Below, in pieces: positions 57,100 to 64,000 of a stretch of 64,000 nt of DNA. Positions within the stretch are counted from its first letter, which is position 1. Every line of letters starts with the position of its first letter. Under the pieces are notes generated by a model. It was not told the origin of the DNA, did not search any database, and worked only from the letters and a program-made list of their open reading frames with translations. The translations under genes and the position numbers were made by a program. Source of the stretch: Octopus vulgaris (lineage: Eukaryota); assembly GCA_951406725.2 (NCBI GenBank), contig OX597824.1, positions 68,820,001 through 68,884,000 on the forward strand, in the 5' to 3' direction.

Positions 57100-58300
57100 G
57101 TTTGGGAAATGAAAGCAACAAAAGCAAACCTGATATTGAGGACAGTAGTGATAGTCCTGCGTCGGGGAAAATAAGTTTAGTGAAATAACGAAATCGTGAT
57201 GCGTTCGAGCAACGTCAGGTCTGGCGTTTTTAAGAGAAGGAACTTCATAGAAAGTAAACAAGCGTTTGGATTTTGGTGTCCTGGGCAAGGTCATTCTTAG
57301 AAGAGAGGAAATATGAGTTCGGATACTCTGGAAGACAGAAAATGATGTTAGAGCTTAGAGCAGGACTCTTCTCAGAAGAGAAAAAAACATGAGTTTTGGA
57401 CAGGGCAGTTTGAAGTTAGAGTAGGGTTCCTATCAGACAGGAAAAAAATGTTGAAGGGTTTTTTCAAAATAACATAATGCCGAAAGATACACTATATATG
57501 AAGAGCAAAGAATGCTCCAAGAAAAGGGAGAGACAACAAACATTTCAAGAATCTTGTAATTGCAGGGCTTTTGATTTTTAATGAATCTTGCGTGACTGAA
57601 ACATGTCGGGCACTTTAAAAGTATCTAATGAAAAACTTGAAAGCCATTTACAATGTGTCAACTTAGACCCAACAAAACGTTCCCATGCACACAAGTACTG
57701 ACAGGTTGCTTCTTTTCGAAAATGTGGCCTGTTCAACTTATCGAAATTTACATGAAGTTGGATGGAGGAGTATTGAATTAATTCTGCCACCAGAACTGAA
57801 AGAACGTTAATGACTTATGTCGCGGATTTTAAACCTCAGCAAGCTTGCTTCTGTGAAGTTTATACACGAAGGCCTTCGAGAAGGAGTTTACATTAGGTTG
57901 CAAGATTGATAGCATTCAGAAGATAAACTGAGATGACTCAAGGTAGTTATTGATTTAAACCATTACTTCTGGTGAGAGAATAGATACTCCAAGTTATCTC
58001 GACAGTGTAAACTAATTTTAGTTGAAAATTGCTTGGTTCTTGTGTGTGGTAAGAAATTTTTTAGTTATTAGAGATAGAAACTTTCTAGATATAAATAAGT
58101 CTACAGCGATAATATACGGGTTAGTATAGCATATGATTTTCTTTTGTTCTTAGGTGAATCGCCTTTTCTGTGGGATCATCAATAAACTTCAAATTTTCAA
58201 TGAAGGCACTACTCAATGATATGGCTGCTGTTGATTGTTACTTTTGTTAAATATTACCCTGTCGGAAAATATCTGATCTCTTCTTGCGTATACTGTCCAA
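57100..58300 (-). pseudogene. very decayed non-LTR reverse transcriptase region
   Basis: Minus LKFIDD (58192-58175) followed about 58 codons later by R*LGVSI (57999-57979), the usual xADD...YLG spacing. Boundaries are approximate. Confidence 0.4.
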
Positions 58301-58360
58301 TAACGGCTTAAGGATCACGTGTAAGACAAGAAATATCTAGCTCTATCACTTAATCAATGA

Positions 58361-58436
<76 letters not shown>

Positions 58437-58449
58437 CTTTCTCTTTCTC

Positions 58450-58526
<77 letters not shown>

Positions 58527-58527
58527 A

Positions 58528-58714
58528 TTCTTTTACTCTTTTACTTGTTTCAGTCATTTAACTGTGGCCACGCTGGAGCACCGCCTTTAGTCGAACAAAT
58601 CGACTCCAGGACTTATTCTTTGTAAGCCTAGTAATTATTCTGACGGTTACGGGGACGTAAACACACCAGCATCGATGGACGGGGGAGAAACACAGACACA
58701 CACAGACACACACA

Positions 58715-58794
<80 letters not shown>

Positions 58795-58949
58795 CGACGG
58801 GCTTCTTTCAGTTTCTGTTTACTAAATCCACTCACAAGGACCTGGTCGGCCGGAGGCTATAGCAGAAGACACTTGCTCAAAGTGCCACGCAGTAGGACTG
58901 AACCCGGAACCATGTGGTTGAGAACTAACCTTCTTACCACACATATGCG

Positions 58950-58951
<2 letters not shown>
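58528..58951 (-). mobile_element. SINE family C, full length
   Basis: Reverse complement of 54021-54475 with an internal (TG)n slot. Confidence 0.88.
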
Positions 58952-58988
<37 letters not shown>

Positions 58989-59210
58989 GTATGTATATAT
59001 GTATGTATGTATGTATTTATATACATATATGTATATATACATACATATCTGTATGTGTGTGTGTTTGCGTGTGTACGCGCTCGCGTGTGTATCAATAAAG
59101 ATATATATATATATGTTTATTATGAAAAGAGATGTGCGATATATAAATAGGTATATAGTCTCAGGCATACACACGTACATATTTACATATTGAGAGAAAG
59201 AGAGAGAAAG

Positions 59211-59255
<45 letters not shown>

Positions 59256-60299
59256 TAGAGAGAGATTTAGAGAGTGTCTGGCAGGGTGTAAAAAATGCAA
59301 TGAAGATAAAATCGCTAAACGTAAGCGTCTTATTGGTTCTGGATGTCATGTGTAAAACATGTCTGACACAGCTACACTGTGTGTTGTTTTATTTATTTTC
59401 TAGATCGATAATAACGACATGCACATAATAGAAATGCGGGAACGTGGAGATTTCTGGAGACGACGTGTGTTTTACCTGAAATTATTTGTACAGTGGTGGT
59501 CTTGGAGCGATTCCAGAGTCATTTTGCCAATATTAATATGGTAAAGTGTATCGACGAAATGAGCACATTCAGGTGAAAACCTCCAAGAAGTAATTTTTAT
59601 TCTTGTTGCCGTTCCTGTTGGCGGCTCTGAAGTGATTGGTTTGACATGTTATTGAAAGTGTTCCAGCCGTGACTATCTCATATATTTTATGCAGGGGGTT
59701 GTGTATTTAGGAAACAGTGGTAGTTTGCCCCTGGAGGATATTTTAGTGTTTCAGGAGCAGGGATGGGACATGAAGATTCAATAACGTTCTATGTCCTCTA
59801 GATTATCTACAGCTTCTGTGATATCCAGTATCGTTTATTACATGTTACAGATTAACCTTTTGCTTGTCCAAAGCATTTTCATATGTTTGTTCTAAAAGTC
59901 CATGGTTGTTTTCAGACTTTTAGTTAACTCTTCTTTGATGTGTTCTTCGTAATATAAAGCATTCCATTCATATGTCCCACGTTACTCTGGTCGTTGAAAA
60001 AAAAAAAGTTGGGAATGTTTATCATATATGATGCATGCACGCCAGGGAAATATGTCTTGTGTATCACATGTACACACGACAAGGAAGGGGTTAAATACAA
60101 AAATGAAGATAAATATTTCACATTTTTTGATCTGTGAAAATCATTGTCTTCTTTTGTTTGTTTTCTTTTGCTTTATTTTTGTTTAAGAATTTTTATTCAT
60201 ATATTTTATTCACAGAAAACTTCCTGAAAATTATTGTCAAGATGAATTTTCATGAATGTCAAAAACAAAACAAAACAAAAGAAAAAAAAAGGAAAAAAA

Positions 60300-62150
60300 G
60301 AAGAGGGTGCAATGATTCATATATTCAATATGGATTTATATCTGTCATCATCAAAGGAGAAGAAAGGCCTCGATGTGCTATTTTTTTTAGTAAAACTCTA
60401 AATGTTTCAATGAAGCCAGCAGTGACAAAACAACGTTTGTACAGCGTTCATCCCTAGCACAATGTCAAGGACGTACACTTTTTTTGAACCTCAAGGGAAC
60501 GCTCTCAAAAAGATGAAGCTGAATTCAATAGGGACATGCCAAGCAAATACATATATAAATAAACCAAGGATTATTTATTGGAGCTTATTATGTTATAGAT
60601 AGCAAAGCATAAAAAGGGCCATAGAAGTGGGGAAGTTTTGATCAAAGTTTATGTTTTGAAAATGACGGAAATTGTATTGGGGAATGGATTGGGGGACAGA
60701 AATAACTTGCAATGGTTTCACTGTCAAACAGTAAAGTTCAAAGTAGGATCTGTGACATGACAGCTGACATCAAGGATCAAGTTGTTCACGAAAATCAGTC
60801 AGCAGCATTTGGCTTATTTTCAAATCAACTTGATGAATCGACAGTTGTGATATGGCATCGTGATCCTAGGTTTTTGAGAGATATGCTCGCGCAGATTTAT
60901 TTAAAGCGCAATTTCCAGTATGTTCTTTAAACAACTATTTTCATTGAACTACGTAAAAAATTTCTTTCTTTTCTATGGCTTTCGAGAAGAAATGTAATAC
61001 AGCTTAGAAATGCATACGTAATATCAGAGATGAATATTTGAGGCCAATATTCTTTTTTTTAAAGTCTAAGTTAAGATGGAGTTTTATACCTGGCAAAAGG
61101 ACGAGAAATAAATCGCGTACCTTGCCTATTTGGTTGATATTTTTGAGTAGCTGAATAAACTGATGCAAGTAAGTATCACAAACACAATAACGTTCATGGA
61201 TTTTCTGAAAGCTTTCATGACAATCTATTGGGATGTCCGGAAAGTTCGGTCAATAAATACTTGCCATTACATTTTTAATCAACCAAATATGAACCATTTT
61301 GTTGCACAATGCGTCTCCATCTTACCTTTAACTTGAAAATACCCTCTTCCCAGAATTGAGGTGGCTTCATGGCAAAGGATTCATCAAGGTATCTTTTTAC
61401 GTCATCCAAGGAATTGAAATTTTTACCTTTAAGACTATTCTACAGAGACCTGAATAAGTGGAAATCCGAAGGAGCAATATCTGGTGAATATGGAGGGTGA
61501 GGTAACACATCCCAGCTGAGCTGCAGCAATTTTTGTCTGGTTCCCAAAGCATCAAGTACCGAAAATGAACTTTCTTATCTTCCATTTTAAAGGGCTACAG
61601 AATTAATACAGGTTATAGGAACATAAAGCTTCTTCCACGAAAACATAGCTTAAACTGTACTCTAAATGGAGGTGTAGTCAAATCCTATTTTATAGACTCA
61701 ACCATGTTCTAAAATAAGTCGAAATGTAAGCTACTATACATCGACATGAACTTTCCAGACAACCCAGTAGAAAATTAGAACAGAAAAGTTAGCATAAAAA
61801 GGTTTGAGACTCCGGCATCTCTTGTTGGTAATGAATATCCAATGCTTCAAAAATTTTCAAAAATATCAACTTTTGCGCTATATTGCAGTATTAAAAATGT
61901 GTATAGTTGATATTTTCCTGATGTGAGTAAGGAAAACAGGATTTTGTTCGAACCCTGTTTAAATTATGTTGGAAAAGTCCCTGATTATTGTTAAAATTGT
62001 ATTTCAGGAACTGAAAAATGTTCCAGGGACAAGAAGTATGTTCGATGAGAAATCAGTCACAGAATATTTGCCTTTTAATATATTTTTCCTGTCTCAAACT
62101 AACCAAAAGAGCTAAGCATGCGTTGCTTTCATTTTGTCATAACTTTCCGA
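60300..62150 (+). mobile_element. decayed hAT transposase, Buster/Charlie-like
   Basis: YIQYGF..PRCAI..SMKP..HP (BED-like), LSNSKVQSRICDM..QLDEST and LAYLVDIF..LN motifs. Interrupted by a mariner. Confidence 0.8.
61228..61767 (-). mobile_element. internally deleted mariner (540 bp) nested in the hAT
   Basis: TIRs TTGGGATGTCCGGAAAGTTC / GAACTTTCCAGACAACCCAG with TA TSD. N-terminus MEDKKVHFRYLMLW is fused to WDVLPHPPYSPDIAPSDFHLF. Confidence 0.92.
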
Positions 62151-62937
62151 GTCAGACTCTAGAAGTTAGACTCGAGAAGGATTTTCAACCGTGTTTCGTG
62201 GTCTGCTATTACAACAGCTCCTTTATAGGATCCAGTTAGCTCAAGACATCATGAGGAGGAACCACGACCGGTTTCGGCCCCTACCCCTCTACCGTTTTGA
62301 CGTGGCGGGGCTTCCCTTTCGGCGGTGTCTTTAGCTTTGGTGTTGGGTGCGTGTCTTCTTTCTTCCTCTTTCTTCTGTTTCCTGGTCTCTTCGATGTAGC
62401 GTCAACGAGTGTCCGCGGGCGACTGACTGTCCTGTTAAATTTCCCTTTAAAATATCTGCTGCTAGGCTCCAGCAGGCAGCCCCATCAAGTTGTCACGTGA
62501 CACTGTCTCAACTTTAACTGACCAATGAAGGCGCGAAGTCTTAGCCCACGCATTCTCTAAACGAGACCGTCGCCTGTCAATCAGCGAGGCTAATTCACTG
62601 TCAGCTTGGAAACGAATGAAAACAAAACAACGAAGTAGATTAGAAACTGAAAATTACCTGTTTCGCATTTTCAAACATTTTCCCACGTAGCCAAGAATTC
62701 GAGAAAAAAATATACAGGTTTTTCATTGACTACAATCATTATCAGAATGGAATGAATTAAAATATCTTAGTATTCTCCACTGGACTTTTTTTATGTTCAC
62801 TGAAGTATGCTTCACTAAGTTTAGTCTGTTAAAGTCATTAGTTATGAATAAATAAAACTACTTTTATTCAAACGCTAACATTCATCAACATTTTCTATGG
62901 CTATTAAATATGTAAAATTTTATTATAAAAATATTGA

Positions 62938-63075
62938 AGGCGGTGAGATATTAGAGTCGTTAGAGCGTTGGATGGAAACCGTGGTGGTGTTTATTCAGAA
63001 TCTCTACGATCTGAGTTCAAATCCGAGGTCAACTTTAACTATCGTCCTTTTGGAATCGATAAAAGAATGTACCAA
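62938..63075 (+). mobile_element. SINE family B, decayed
   Basis: AGGCGGTGAG head; CTGAGTTCAAATCCGAGGTCAACTTT core. Confidence 0.65.
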
Positions 63076-63317
63076 TCCAGCCGGTGGTTTTATAGAACGA
63101 CCAGAAGATTGAACGAGTGTCCTCTCTGTATGTAACCTGTTATTTTGCTTTCTGAGAGAAAGGCTTGAGACAGCACGATGGTAAGCTGTATCGGCCCATG
63201 CGGGCAACCTTTCTCTTGGATAAAAGACATCGAATGTGTGTAGAAAGGGTCACTTTGATGGGCAACAACCAGTCTTGCGCAAGAATTTTACCCAGCCTGT
63301 ATATATATATATATATA

Positions 63318-63558
63318 TACAGGTTATACAGGTTATAGGAACATAAATCTTCTTCCACGAAAACATAGCTTAAACTGTACTTTAAATGGAGGTGTAGTCA
63401 AATCCTATTTTATAGACTCAACCATGTTCTAAAATAAGTCGAAATGTAAGCTACTATACATCGGCATGAACTTTCCAGACAACCCAGTAGAAAATTAGAA
63501 CAGAAAAGTTAGCATAAAAAGGTTTGAGACTCCGGTATCTCTTGATGGTAATGAATAT
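63318..63558 (+). repeat. near-identical copy of 61607-61838 (mariner end plus hAT flank)
   Basis: About 232 bp with only a handful of substitutions. Confidence 0.95.
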
Positions 63559-63599
63559 ATTTTAATGAATATATTTTAAATCAATATTAATAAGCACAA

Positions 63600-63930
63600 G
63601 GCAGCGAGCTGGCAGAATCGTTAGTACGCCCACCAAAATGCTTAGCGATATTTCGTTGGTCAGAGTTCAAATTTCACCGAGGTTGACTTTGTCTTTTATC
63701 CTTTCGGGTCGATTAAAATAAGTGTCGATGTAATTGACAATCCCCTCCCCAGGAAATTGCTGGCCATGTGTCAAAATTTGAAAGCAATATTATATAAGCA
63801 CAGGGATAGCTGTGTTATTGAGAGGCTTGCTTTGCAAATATGTGATTCTGGGTACTGCATGGCACTTTGGGTGTATGCCTCCTACTGTAGCCCCGAGTTG
63901 CCTGGAGAAAGAATTTGGTGGGCGGAAACT
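63600..63930 (+). mobile_element. SINE family B followed by a decayed family C head
   Basis: GGCAGCGAGCTGGCAGAATCGTTAG head and core; then TAGCTGTGTT..GGCACTTTGGG. Confidence 0.75.
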
Positions 63931-63933
63931 CGT

Positions 63934-64000
63934 CATGGCGGCGAACTAGAAGACATGCCGGCGAGCTGGAAGACATGGCGGCGAGCTGGAAGACATGGCG
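63934..64000. repeat. 20-bp minisatellite CATGGCGGCGAGCTGGAAGA, at least 3.3 units, runs off the window
   Basis: Direct inspection. Confidence 0.9.

Noticed and set aside
62255-62305. Minus-strand GAAAC-CG-GTC with CCAC/GTGG pairing
   Set aside because: No CUGANGA box or stem II; noted only as a possible pLTR relic.

Overview
Eukaryotic, AT-rich, extremely microsatellite-dense DNA. The repeat landscape most resembles an octopus (coleoid cephalopod) genome; this is an inference from pattern recognition, not a database hit. I found no credible host protein-coding gene, rRNA, true tRNA or CRISPR array, and almost all listed ORFs are microsatellite artefacts. The window is a layered transposon graveyard. 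Retroelements: several tRNA-derived SINE families (my labels A-E), a 5'-truncated R4/Dong-like RLE retrotransposon in (TAA)n plus related fragments, and decayed LINE pieces. DNA elements: a full-length dead mariner, two more mariners, DD37D (maT) elements, a Buster-like hAT, a Chapaev3-like end and a non-autonomous Helitron. The most notable unannotated signal is a set of sequence-unrelated short non-coding elements embedded in (TA)n tracts. They carry minimal type I hammerhead ribozyme folds (best: 24180-24251, minus strand, intact core) and/or fold-back palindromes of 21-100 bp, consistent with a diverse (AT)n-targeting Penelope-like or retrozyme system. Also notable are SINE multimers with an invariant junction, a headless (TAA)n-targeting element, a templated local duplication and a few promoter-like islands.
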